Part shown: in pieces, positions 9,811 through 21,234 of the stretch
Numbering within the stretch: the first letter of the stretch is position 1
How the letters are laid out: every line of letters starts with the position of its first letter
Source: Candidatus Thorarchaeota archaeon
Lineage (GTDB): Archaea; Asgardarchaeota; Thorarchaeia; Thorarchaeales; Thorarchaeaceae
Length of the DNA: 24,018 bases
Direction: 5' to 3'
Assembly: GCA_003345545.1 (NCBI GenBank)
Contig: PRDH01000034.1
Location: 1-24,018 of the forward strand
Program-made: the position numbers and the translations under genes
Notes under the pieces: generated by a model
Told to the model about the DNA's origin: nothing
Databases searched by the model: none
What the model saw: only the letters and a program-made list of their open reading frames with translations

Positions 9811-10635
9811 ATGACGACCCATCTTGTCGTGATTGGAGATAGTCGCTGTATGAAGGAAGTCCCGGATGAGTCTGTTCATCTTGTCGTTACATCCCCACCA
9901 TATTGGCGACTGAAAGACTATGGCAGTGAGGATGCCATTGGCCAGTCCTCTTCGACCTATGACGAATACATCGAATCACTCTGTGAAGTATTCAAGGAAT
10001 GTGTAAGGACGCTGGTACCTGACGGAAAACTCATTGTGAATATCATGCCAATCCTACTTCCAAGAGCCAGCTCGAAGTTCAATCGCAGGGTCACTAAGAC
10101 CGTACTTCCGGACCTTGAGGAGTTCATGAGTTCTCTCGGCAACATGTACTTTCACTCGTTGTATATCTGGGACAAACGAAAGGCCGTACGATTCAGTTCT
10201 TGGGGGTCGTATCCATACCCTGGCAATCTACTTGCGACGTATCCATACGAATGGATTATTGTGTTTTCCAAGAGCGGCAAGCGGCCTCCAGTAGGCAAAG
10301 CTAGGAAAGAGGAGTCCGCAATCACACATGATGAATTCACAAGGTGGGTACAGAACTCTATTTGGGACTTCCAACCTGTTTCAGCCAAACAGGAACGACA
10401 TCCTGCACCATTTCCCGAGGAACTTCCACGCAGATGTATCCGGCTCTACTCGTTTGTGGGTGATACTGTCCTCGATCCATTCGCTGGCAGTGGAACGACT
10501 CTTCGAGTTGCTCGGGAGTTAGGTCGAAACTCCATAGGCTATGAGCTCAATCCGGCCTATGAAGAACTGATACGCGAGAAATTGGGCGTCTGTGACAAGG
10601 AGCCTGCAGATACCTTCAAGGTCATAAGAAGTTGA
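9811..10635 (+). CDS. Amino (likely N4-cytosine) DNA methyltransferase, beta-type motif order
   Basis: VVTSPPY N-terminal; HPAPFP and VLDPFAGSGTT C-terminal; ATG 9811 follows GGAGGA. Confidence 0.9.
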   Translation: MTTHLVVIGDSRCMKEVPDESVHLVVTSPPYWRLKDYGSEDAIGQSSSTYDEYIESLCEVFKECVRTLVPDGKLIVNIMPILLPRASSKFNRRVTKTVLPDLEEFMSSLGNMYFHSLYIWDKRKAVRFSSWGSYPYPGNLLATYPYEWIIVFSKSGKRPPVGKARKEESAITHDEFTRWVQNSIWDFQPVSAKQERHPAPFPEELPRRCIRLYSFVGDTVLDPFAGSGTTLRVARELGRNSIGYELNPAYEELIREKLGVCDKEPADTFKVIRS

Positions 10636-10730
10636 AGCTAAGACTAATTAGCGTTCATAATTCATTAGTCACAATCGTGTGACGCTGAGCCTGTGCCTGC
10701 ATATGTAGGAGTTGGCTCTAAGGGAGGCAT

Positions 10731-11960
10731 TTGAGAGAGTTGCCCTACGATGTAGTAGTTGTCGGAGCCGGACCTGCTGGGTCTATCGCTGCCTATGAGT
10801 GCGCAAAGCAAGGCCTCTCTACTCTGTTACTGGAAAAAAGCCCTCTTCCGAGGGAAAAGCCATGTGGCGGTGCTGTGATGTACCACGGGATTCGTGTTAT
10901 TGGAGGACACCTGCCCCGTAGGCTCGTAGAACAGAGGATTTTCGGTCTGAGATTTAGTCTACCTAACGGTGCAAAAGCAGAATTTGTCTCTGATAAGATG
11001 ATAGGAATCACGGTCTTCCGAAACAGGTTCGACGAGTATCTTACAAAGAGAGCGGTTGATGCTGGTTCCGAACTCATGGAAGACACACCTGTGATACATG
11101 CTGCTACTTCAGATGGAACCGCAATAGTGCGAGTGAAGGACGGTAGTGAATTTCATTCTCGATTTCTGATTGGTGCCGATGGTGTAAACTCCGTAGTTAG
11201 TCGGTCCCTAGGACTGCGCCCAGAACGAAAGGATCTAACAAAGGTGGGTCTTGGAATGGAGTCCGATTTCTACGTGGGGGAGGACGGAGTGGACAGGGCC
11301 ACCAACGGCAATCCCTCTGTTCTTGAGATAATTCCTGCTCGAAACCGTATCAGTTATGGCTGGATCTTTCCCAAACGCGAACACTTGGCCATTGGGGTTG
11401 CCGGGTCTGGAGTACACATGCGTGCCCTTCGGTCGGTCTTTGATCAGTTTCATAGGGATGTGGAGGAGAGACTGCACATGCATCTCCCCTTAGAGAAGAG
11501 GCGAACATGCTTCCTTGGCGGAGATGGGCTAGGTAGTCGAAATGTTACTGATCGCGCTATTCTTGTTGGTGATGCCGCAGGATTTGTGGACCCGATGATG
11601 GGGGAGGGTATTGCTTATGCAATGAAATCCGGCGTTTTCGCCGCTGCAGTGATTGACAGCGCAATTGAAGAGGGCAAGTATGATGCAGCCAGTCTCTCAG
11701 AGTATCAGATCCTGTGCAAGAAAGAGTTCTCTGCAAATTTCCGGATGGCTGCATGGGCGGGATCCAGAGGAACTGCCTTTGCCGAGCGAATCCTCCCTCA
11801 TGTCAGCGGTTACAAACTTGCTTCGGATGTTATGTCGATGGTTGCTCGAGGGGAGATAGGATATGCTGATATCCCCTATCTTATCCTGAAGAGCCTGCCA
11901 AGGCAGCTACCTGGAGTACTCATGCAAGTGGTCAAGTCCAAAATGTCCGTATCGTACTGA
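10731..11960 (+). CDS. Geranylgeranyl reductase family FAD-dependent oxidoreductase
   Basis: VVGAGPAG, KPCGGA, GADG, YGWIFPK, LVGDAAGFVDPMMGEGI. Confidence 0.9.
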   Translation: MRELPYDVVVVGAGPAGSIAAYECAKQGLSTLLLEKSPLPREKPCGGAVMYHGIRVIGGHLPRRLVEQRIFGLRFSLPNGAKAEFVSDKMIGITVFRNRFDEYLTKRAVDAGSELMEDTPVIHAATSDGTAIVRVKDGSEFHSRFLIGADGVNSVVSRSLGLRPERKDLTKVGLGMESDFYVGEDGVDRATNGNPSVLEIIPARNRISYGWIFPKREHLAIGVAGSGVHMRALRSVFDQFHRDVEERLHMHLPLEKRRTCFLGGDGLGSRNVTDRAILVGDAAGFVDPMMGEGIAYAMKSGVFAAAVIDSAIEEGKYDAASLSEYQILCKKEFSANFRMAAWAGSRGTAFAERILPHVSGYKLASDVMSMVARGEIGYADIPYLILKSLPRQLPGVLMQVVKSKMSVSY

Positions 11961-11997
11961 AAACCTTCTTAGGTAGTTTCGACTGTCTGCAATCTCG

Positions 11998-12999
11998 ATG
12001 AGAGTTCTAGGGTCAGTTGCAGTCTTCATCATCCTGCTATCAACGCTAACGGCTCAAACAAATGCACAGATCATGCATATTCCCGCATTTGATGGAGATA
12101 ATGCGTATGACTGTATTTTGAATCAATGCTCCTTCGGCCCCAGACCTCCAGGGTCTGAGAACTTGACTCTTTGCAGACTCTATATCTCCGAGAATCTCGA
12201 ATCTTTCGGTTGGAACGTCACACTCCAGAACTTCACATATAGAGAAACCATATGTACGAATATCATTGCGACGTGGAATTCCTCAATCAATGCCTCCATC
12301 GTTCTTGGAGCGCACTATGACACTCGTCCAGAGGCTTCGCAGGAGCCTGACCTACTAAACCGAACCAAGCCAATTCTCGGTGCAAATGATGGTGGGAGTG
12401 GAACAGCCATTCTCATGGAACTGGCTCGTGTGCTTCCTGAGTCTGTTCGTTCAGAAATCGAAATCGTCCTCTTTGATGCTGAAGATTCAGGAGGAATCAA
12501 TGGCTGGGAGTGGATACGGGGCTCCACATATTATGTGGCTGAGCTCAATAGCACCAGGAGAGAATCGATTAGTGCAATGGTGCTTGTAGACATGGTGGGT
12601 GATAATGACCTGAATCTTCCGCGGGAGGGCAGCTCAACCTCATCACTGCAGAACGCGATATGGTCTATTGCAGGCCAGATGGCGCATGGGGATATCTTTG
12701 TCGACTCGGTCGGTGGCAGCATCATTGACGATCATAGACCGTTCCTAGATGCAGGTATTCCTGCTGTGGACCTAATCCAGTATCCTTTCCCAGAGTATTG
12801 GCACACACTCCAGGACACTCCTGACAAATGTAGTGCTGAGAGTCTCGAGATTGTTGGCAGTGTTCTAGAGGTGTTCATTGTTGAACATGTTGCCGGCAAT
12901 GGTACATATCCACCAGATGTGCCGTACTTGGTCTATGCAGCAATAATTATTGTACCTGGTTTCATCATCCTAGTTGTCTATCTTTACAGAAAGCAGTAA
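11998..12999 (+). CDS. Secreted, membrane-anchored M28-family peptidase / glutaminyl-peptide cyclotransferase-like protein
   Basis: Signal peptide; GAHYD, GANDGGSG, FDAED, DMVG, DDH.PF, WHT..D; C-terminal TM plus RKQ; many N-x-S/T sequons. Confidence 0.85.
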   Translation: MRVLGSVAVFIILLSTLTAQTNAQIMHIPAFDGDNAYDCILNQCSFGPRPPGSENLTLCRLYISENLESFGWNVTLQNFTYRETICTNIIATWNSSINASIVLGAHYDTRPEASQEPDLLNRTKPILGANDGGSGTAILMELARVLPESVRSEIEIVLFDAEDSGGINGWEWIRGSTYYVAELNSTRRESISAMVLVDMVGDNDLNLPREGSSTSSLQNAIWSIAGQMAHGDIFVDSVGGSIIDDHRPFLDAGIPAVDLIQYPFPEYWHTLQDTPDKCSAESLEIVGSVLEVFIVEHVAGNGTYPPDVPYLVYAAIIIVPGFIILVVYLYRKQ

Positions 13000-13010
13000 G
13001 GTCATGTTAC

Positions 13011-13021
13011 AAGCTTTTAAA
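13011..13021 (+). promoter_or_regulatory. Putative TATA box upstream of the WD40 gene
   Basis: AAGCTTTTAAA, the same pattern as the two candidate rRNA promoters. Confidence 0.4.
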
Positions 13022-13069
13022 CATCCGCTACCAATATCTCATGAAATGGCTCTCTTCCGGTGATCCAGA

Positions 13070-13951
13070 TTGGAAAAGACAGTGCTATTCCGGCAAGACA
13101 ATGGTCAGCTATCTACACTCACCTGCCTGTCCATTGATTCCAAGGGCCGATATCTTGTGTGTGGAACTGCTGACTCTCGCCTATTTGTCGTTGATGTCAG
13201 GTCTGGAAAAATCAAGTGCACAATAACTGGCCATGAAGGAGCGATAACTGCAACGGCCTTTGCCGGTGACAAGAACAGGGTATTGTCTTGCAGCTGGGAC
13301 AATACCACTCGCTTGTGGGACACCAAGAACAGCGAAGACTCCATCATATTGAAACACGGCTCCGAGGTCAAAGCGCTTGCTGTTGCTCTGGGCCAAGGAA
13401 AGGGAGCGGCAGGATCCCGTGACGGTGAGGTCAAGGTGTTCTCGTTGAACACTCTGAAATCAATGAGAAATCTTCAAGCCCATGGCACCGACATCACTGG
13501 TCTGGCATTTATCAACGAAGGTTCCAAGCTTGTTACCTCTTCTCTGGATGGTGAATGCAAGATATGGGATCTCAGTTCTTACGAAGTTGAATCGAAACTG
13601 AATAAGGTTCGAGAAAGCATTCGTGCAATCACAGCGAATGTTGATAGTTCAAAGCTTGTCTTAGGCCTACGAAGCGGGAAGATACTGTCAGTAGATCTCG
13701 AGAATCCTAAGAAGACTGTGGAGTTGGTTGGCCATTCGGACATTGTTGGTGCGCTCTCTATTGATTCCACAGGTGAGCGACTAGCTTCAGGTAGTTGGGA
13801 CCGTACATTACGTATTTGGTCTCTCAACACTCTCAAGGAGATATCAACCGGGTCGCTACTATCCGGAATTACAGCGGTCGAGTGGGCTCCCAACGATGAA
13901 GTTGTATTCTCCACAGATTTCGCAGGCACCGTCACGTCATGGAGTATCTGA
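13070..13951 (+). CDS. WD40 repeat beta-propeller protein
   Basis: GH...SCSWDNTTRLWD, AH...SSLDGECKIWD and GH...SGSWDRTLRIW repeats. Confidence 0.92.
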   Translation: MEKTVLFRQDNGQLSTLTCLSIDSKGRYLVCGTADSRLFVVDVRSGKIKCTITGHEGAITATAFAGDKNRVLSCSWDNTTRLWDTKNSEDSIILKHGSEVKALAVALGQGKGAAGSRDGEVKVFSLNTLKSMRNLQAHGTDITGLAFINEGSKLVTSSLDGECKIWDLSSYEVESKLNKVRESIRAITANVDSSKLVLGLRSGKILSVDLENPKKTVELVGHSDIVGALSIDSTGERLASGSWDRTLRIWSLNTLKEISTGSLLSGITAVEWAPNDEVVFSTDFAGTVTSWSI

Positions 13952-13959
13952 TCTTCACT

Positions 13960-14568
13960 CTATGCTCCTGCGTCGTCCTCAGGAAGGGTCGCTCTGATAT
14001 CAATGTCCACAAAGCCCTCGTTGTGCCAAGTAAGCCGAATGCGTTCGTATCTCTTGTTGTGAGGCATAATGCCAGATGTGTTGAGTCTTATTGGCTCTCC
14101 TCTGAGAATAACATCAATCTTAGGTGAGAGTCTGTTTCTGCTTCGCTTATCAAAGGGTATGGGAAGCTCAGTTCTATCTGGTAGTCTGAGCGTTACAGCC
14201 TTGTCTCCCACTGTTATGATGGGCTGTGAGAGAATCAGTCTTCCAGGTTTGAAGAACGGCATCTTATCTCTCATACTGACAACAGCCATTGCAAGCTTGG
14301 TATGTCGCGCCACTTCTGCTCGTGCAGATGTCACAACATTGTCCAGATATACTGGTCTCTCGTCGAATTCTCTCAAGAATTCATCCTCAATCCTGCTCCG
14401 CGTTCTTGCCTGTCCTCTAAGATGGTTCTTCAGAATGTTTTTGATGACCCAGTTCGTCGCTGTCGCATACCTCTTGAATTCCTCTTGAAGAAGGAGTTGT
14501 TTCTCTCTTGTGAGTGTGACACTAAGAAGTCTTAGAATTTCGGCTCTTTTCACATCCATGAAGACCAC
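13960..14568 (-). CDS. Hypothetical protein resembling the N-terminal (REC/WED) half of TnpB/Cas12f, with no RuvC domain
   Basis: T.EKQLLL.E....Y..ATN helix pattern, 'MPFFK' linker, beta-rich segment ending FVDIDIRATLP, then a stop where RuvC-I would begin. Pattern recognition only. Confidence 0.5.
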   Translation of the reverse strand: MVFMDVKRAEILRLLSVTLTREKQLLLQEEFKRYATATNWVIKNILKNHLRGQARTRSRIEDEFLREFDERPVYLDNVVTSARAEVARHTKLAMAVVSMRDKMPFFKPGRLILSQPIITVGDKAVTLRLPDRTELPIPFDKRSRNRLSPKIDVILRGEPIRLNTSGIMPHNKRYERIRLTWHNEGFVDIDIRATLPEDDAGA

Positions 14569-14621
14569 ATGTAGCCAACTACCATTTCGGTTCTAATCAA
14601 ATTAACCATTGACCAGCATGA

Positions 14622-15653
14622 CTAATGGCGGTGAGCAAGAAACTGGACCTCATTGATGATACGGCCAATCTCAGTAGGCTGTATGTCGTATGCTCCATGT
14701 TCAACGAGAATCTGATTGAAGAACTCCGGTTCCGAATCCCTAAGGGTTGCCATGAACCCAGTTTCCTCGGAACTCTCTCTTCCTTTTATGATGACCATCA
14801 CTTTTCCAAGCGCGCAGATTGCCTCTCGCATCTCAAGTGCAGCAAGTTCATAATCTCCTCCGTAGGTCAGACTGAGCGATCCATGATACTGCCTCTGAGC
14901 CTGTGCAAGGAGTTTCGTACCTCGGGCAATGACTCCACTGTCTTCGAGTTCTTCAAGAGGCTTCTCTACTCTGTCCAGCCATTTTCTTAGCTCTTCAAGA
15001 ATCACTAGGAGTCTGGGCTCGTCTAATCCTCTAAGTTTGTAAGTTCGCAGGAAGAGCTGATAGATTAAGGGATCAAGCATTCGTACTTCAGTCAGCACCT
15101 CAGCAGGTCTAAGCACTGTGAAGATGTTATTGGACATCACAATTGCACGTCCGAGCTGAAAGAGCCCTTCGCGCAGATCATAGATTGCACTGACGTAGTC
15201 ACTCTCATCGGTATACCTTTTTGATCGTGAGAGTTCCTCAAGGGCTGCCTTCTTCATCCCGTCGATGGTACTACTCGGCCATGTGTATTCCATGGCTCGC
15301 TTCTGCCACTTTCTGATCATTCCATCGGGGTCGTACTGAACTTGTGAGGTCCGAAGCCTGTTTACGACCTCTGATATCTTGAAGACGTCACTGATTGTGC
15401 CATCAAGAACCCCTTCGACATCTCGGATTGTCATGAATACAGTATCAATAAGTACCTCTTTGTGCGTGGACAAGAGCCGTACTGGTGCCTCCTCAGCATT
15501 CCATATGATACAGATGTCAAGGTCCGATTCTGCAGTTGCAGTTCCCTTGGCATAGGAACCGTATACGAAGACACCTCGCACAGTCTTTTGGTTCTTCCAT
15601 TCCTTCACTGTATCTTCGAGTGCTGTCTTGAAGCGTTTGCGGACATCTATCAT
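14622..15653 (-). CDS. Nucleotidyltransferase (MNT/Pol-beta-like) fused to two HEPN-like helical domains
   Basis: GS-x10-DLD motif (GSYAKGTATAESDLD); two repeats of the 'xDYxxAxxxxREx' helix pattern. Confidence 0.75.
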   Translation of the reverse strand: MIDVRKRFKTALEDTVKEWKNQKTVRGVFVYGSYAKGTATAESDLDICIIWNAEEAPVRLLSTHKEVLIDTVFMTIRDVEGVLDGTISDVFKISEVVNRLRTSQVQYDPDGMIRKWQKRAMEYTWPSSTIDGMKKAALEELSRSKRYTDESDYVSAIYDLREGLFQLGRAIVMSNNIFTVLRPAEVLTEVRMLDPLIYQLFLRTYKLRGLDEPRLLVILEELRKWLDRVEKPLEELEDSGVIARGTKLLAQAQRQYHGSLSLTYGGDYELAALEMREAICALGKVMVIIKGRESSEETGFMATLRDSEPEFFNQILVEHGAYDIQPTEIGRIINEVQFLAHRH

Positions 15654-15789
15654 ATTTGTATGGCCCTTCCAGTTCTCGGCAGTTCACTTGCCTAGCGTTC
15701 CTAGAGAGGATTTACTCAATAAAAGTATCTAATATGTTGCCCGACAGTGATTAATAGTCGGAATCCAACGCACACCAAGAGGTTGCGCA

Positions 15790-16497
15790 ATGCCCCGAGC
15801 TGATGGAAGAGCAAATGATGCACTCCGCCCCCTTGAGATCAAGCGAAACTACTTGAAACACCCCGAGGGCTCCGTGTTGATTACAACAGGAGAAACGAAG
15901 GTAATCTGTACAGCTACCTTAGAATTGGGTGTTCCTGGTTGGCTGAACGGTTGTGATCAAGGCTGGGTCACTGCGGAGTATGGAATGCTTCCGCGCTCTA
16001 CGACTGAGCGAATGAATCGGTACAAGGTGAGCGGAAGAACACAAGAAATACAGAGGCTCATAGGACGGTCTTTGCGAGCAGCAGTTGACATGAAGGGCCT
16101 AGGTGAGAACACGCTAAAAATTGACTGTGATGTCATCCAAGCAGATGGCGGCACGAGAACTGCATCGATTACTGGCGCATTCGTTGCTCTCTGTGATGCG
16201 CTTGACCACATGGTGAACTTAGGTCTAATCACAAAACCACCGATCCTAGGGAATGTCGCAGCTGTCAGTGTAGGAATAGTGAAGAACGAAACGTTACTCG
16301 ATCTCTGTTATGCCGAAGACTCACAGGCCGACGTAGACATGAACATTGTAATGCGCGGCGACGAGTTTGTTGAAGTTCAAGGGACCGGGGAGGGTACAAC
16401 CTTCAAGCGAGAAGCGCTGGACGAGATGCTAGGTCTGGCCTCAAGAGGCATATCTGAACTAATCGACATGCAAATCAAGGCCTTGTCAACCCCATAA
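15790..16497 (+). CDS. rph: Ribonuclease PH (bacterial-type)
   Basis: [71 protein letters not shown]. Confidence 0.93.
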   Translation: MPRADGRANDALRPLEIKRNYLKHPEGSVLITTGETKVICTATLELGVPGWLNGCDQGWVTAEYGMLPRSTTERMNRYKVSGRTQEIQRLIGRSLRAAVDMKGLGENTLKIDCDVIQADGGTRTASITGAFVALCDALDHMVNLGLITKPPILGNVAAVSVGIVKNETLLDLCYAEDSQADVDMNIVMRGDEFVEVQGTGEGTTFKREALDEMLGLASRGISELIDMQIKALSTP

Positions 16498-16554
16498 CCC
16501 GGTAAGTGCTCTCAAAGTCACACAATCGGCAGACCTCGCTTGTGCAGATGGCGT

Positions 16555-16564
16555 AAGCTTTATA
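16555..16564 (+). promoter_or_regulatory. Candidate 23S rRNA promoter P1 (TATA box)
   Basis: AAGCTTTATA; the pattern recurs at 16687. Confidence 0.55.
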
Positions 16565-16686
16565 CGGAAATTTCGCCTTCTTATCTTGCTTCTGTCGAGC
16601 AAAGATGGTATTGTCCGGCGGCTATGAAAGGGTTGCCGGAAACTGATTCAGGTAGACTGGCAACAGAACTGCCCTCGACGCATAGC

Positions 16687-16696
16687 AAGCTTTAAA
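16687..16696 (+). promoter_or_regulatory. Candidate 23S rRNA promoter P2 (TATA box)
   Basis: AAGCTTTAAA upstream of the structured leader. Confidence 0.55.
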
Positions 16697-16893
16697 TCGC
16701 CGGCCAAAGAGGCTGGCGGAGCGCTCACTGAAATATCAGTGTAGAGCTAAAGTTAGGTCCGGAGTTCAGCTGGTGTTAATCACTGAATGAAGGCACATCG
16801 GGACCCGGCTGTAAATTTGGTGCCATTCCTGATGGAGGACCGTCAATGCACTAGCTCTGGTGCCGTGCACCGATAGAGCTGATGCAATGATTG

Positions 16894-17060
16894 CAGAGGA
16901 TGGAAGTACACTGACCGAATACGTAGGATATACCTAACGTAAGTACGAAGTTATTACAAAACTACGAAGTTATTACAAAACTCCTTGGCATGATTGGTCA
17001 ATAATCAATCATGTTCACAATATTGTGGACAACAGGTAATACTGTGTCAACACATGACTA
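16894..17060 (+). other. 5' arm of the pre-23S processing stem, including the BHB half-site
   Basis: 16894-16909 pairs with 20188-20203; 16972-16985 with 20175-20187. GACAAC-AGGT-AAT-ACTGTGTCAACACA (17028-17054) pairs with TGTGTTCATACAGT-ACCT-AGA-GTTGTC (20146-20172), giving a 3-nt bulge/4-bp helix/3-nt bulge. Confidence 0.85.
16944..16981 (+). repeat. Perfect 19-bp tandem duplication TACGAAGTTATTACAAAAC x2
   Basis: Copies at 16944-16962 and 16963-16981. Confidence 0.95.
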
Positions 17061-20140
<3,080 letters not shown>

Positions 20141-20210
20141 GAAAGTGTGTTCATACAGTACCTAGAGTTGTCTCAGGAGTTCGTAATGTGCTTCCATCCT
20201 CTGATGTCTA

Positions 20211-20216
20211 TTTTTT
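20211..20216 (+). terminator. Putative oligo-T terminator of the 23S transcript
   Basis: TTTTTT shortly after the last trailer pairing block; copy 3 also ends in a T-run. Confidence 0.45.
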
Positions 20217-20256
20217 GCAATTGCGCTGAAAATGAAACGATTTCTGAATGGTCTGT

Positions 20257-20592
20257 TTACCTATCAACCAGATTTTCAAGAAGCGTTTTGAGCGGGGGAA
20301 TATCTTCAGTAACAGTCTGCCAGACAATATCTAGATCTACGTCAAAGTAGCCATGGATCAATCTATTACGCATTCCAATCATTTCCTTCCAAGGAATATC
20401 AGGATGTTTATTCATTATGTTTTCAGACATACCTACTGCTGCTTCTCCAATAATCTCCAGTAGTCTCACAAGAGCATGTTTGAGTTTTCTGTCGTTATCT
20501 AGATCTGACCGAACTTTGTTGTGAGTGAACTCTATTACCTCAAGTACTGCATCTAACATATGTTGTATTCTTACTTTATCATCCTTCAACAT
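20257..20592 (-). CDS. hepT: HEPN (DUF86, HepT-like) RNase toxin
   Basis: LEIIGEAA, IPW..I.GMRNRLIHGY (R-x4-H-x-Y); likely start ATG 20592, overlapping the MNT stop. Confidence 0.9.
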   Translation of the reverse strand: MLKDDKVRIQHMLDAVLEVIEFTHNKVRSDLDNDRKLKHALVRLLEIIGEAAVGMSENIMNKHPDIPWKEMIGMRNRLIHGYFDVDLDIVWQTVTEDIPPLKTLLENLVDR

Positions 20593-20881
20593 ATTGAACC
20601 ACTGCCTTGCTAATGACATCTTCCCGAAAATACCTGCTTAAATCATTGGGAGTTCTCAGATCAACATTTCTTCCAAGCATTTTGCTAAGTTCATCTTGCA
20701 TACTCATCAATCTAAAGAAGCCTGGTTTTGCGTCATCGTCGAATTCTACAAGAATATCAACATCACTTTCTGAGTTGAAATCCTTGCGCAATACAGAACC
20801 AAATACTGAGAGTTTTTTAATTCCATTGCGCTTACAGAATTCCCTAATCATATTTTTTGGGATTTCAATAGCAAGAGTCAT
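20579..20881 (-). CDS. mntA: Minimal nucleotidyltransferase (MntA-like) antitoxin
   Basis: FGS-x10-DVD (GSVLRKDFNSESDVD), GRNVDL; ATG 20881 preceded by GAGGT. Confidence 0.9.
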   Translation of the reverse strand: MTLAIEIPKNMIREFCKRNGIKKLSVFGSVLRKDFNSESDVDILVEFDDDAKPGFFRLMSMQDELSKMLGRNVDLRTPNDLSRYFREDVISKAVVQYVEG

Positions 20882-20945
20882 TTTACCAACCTCTACTATT
20901 ATGGACACTCTTCCTTCAATCTCACATTATATTCTCATGCTCTTA

Positions 20946-20959
20946 AAATACTAGTATTT
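20946..20959. promoter_or_regulatory. Perfect 14-bp palindrome AAATACTAGTATTT upstream of mntA (possible operator or recombinase-binding site)
   Basis: Exact palindrome 65 bp upstream of the likely mntA start and 17 bp before repeat copy 2. Confidence 0.5.
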
Positions 20960-20976
20960 CGGTCAAGTGACATATT

Positions 20977-21078
20977 TGTACTAATGTCCGAGGCGTGCAG
21001 ACTGAAAGTGTGTTCATGCAGTACCTAGGGTTGTCAAGAAGAGTTCATTGTAGTAGCGAAGTAGTATCTCCATCCTCT
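20977..21078 (+). repeat. Direct repeat copy 2 (diverged 23S 3' end plus trailer)
   Basis: 57/59 identical over 20977-21035, then divergent but retaining GAGTTC (21041-21046) and TCCATCCTCT (21069-21078). Confidence 0.9.
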
Positions 21079-21234
21079 AGTCTTACCTATCATTTTCATC
21101 CATTCCACAATTTCAAACCCAGTGGAAGTTTTACTTGGCTTTTAGGCATAGGTTCTACGAAAGGGGTGGCTTTGCGGGGTCAGAAAAAGGAAACAATAAG
21201 TAAATATGAATCTAAGTAAAGTGGTGTATCCATT

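Noticed and set aside
1772-16232. Numerous short antisense or overlapping ORFs in the track
   Set aside because: They are shadows of well-supported genes and have no motifs of their own.
16750-16770. GTTAGGTCCGGAGTTCAGC loosely resembles SRP RNA helix 8
   Set aside because: Lacks the GGAA tetraloop with AGCAG symmetric loop and the rest of the SRP fold.
16944-16973. TACGAAGTTAT (x2) matches 11 nt of a loxP arm
   Set aside because: Copies are direct, with no inverted arm or 8-bp spacer; the sequence is explained by pre-rRNA stem pairing.
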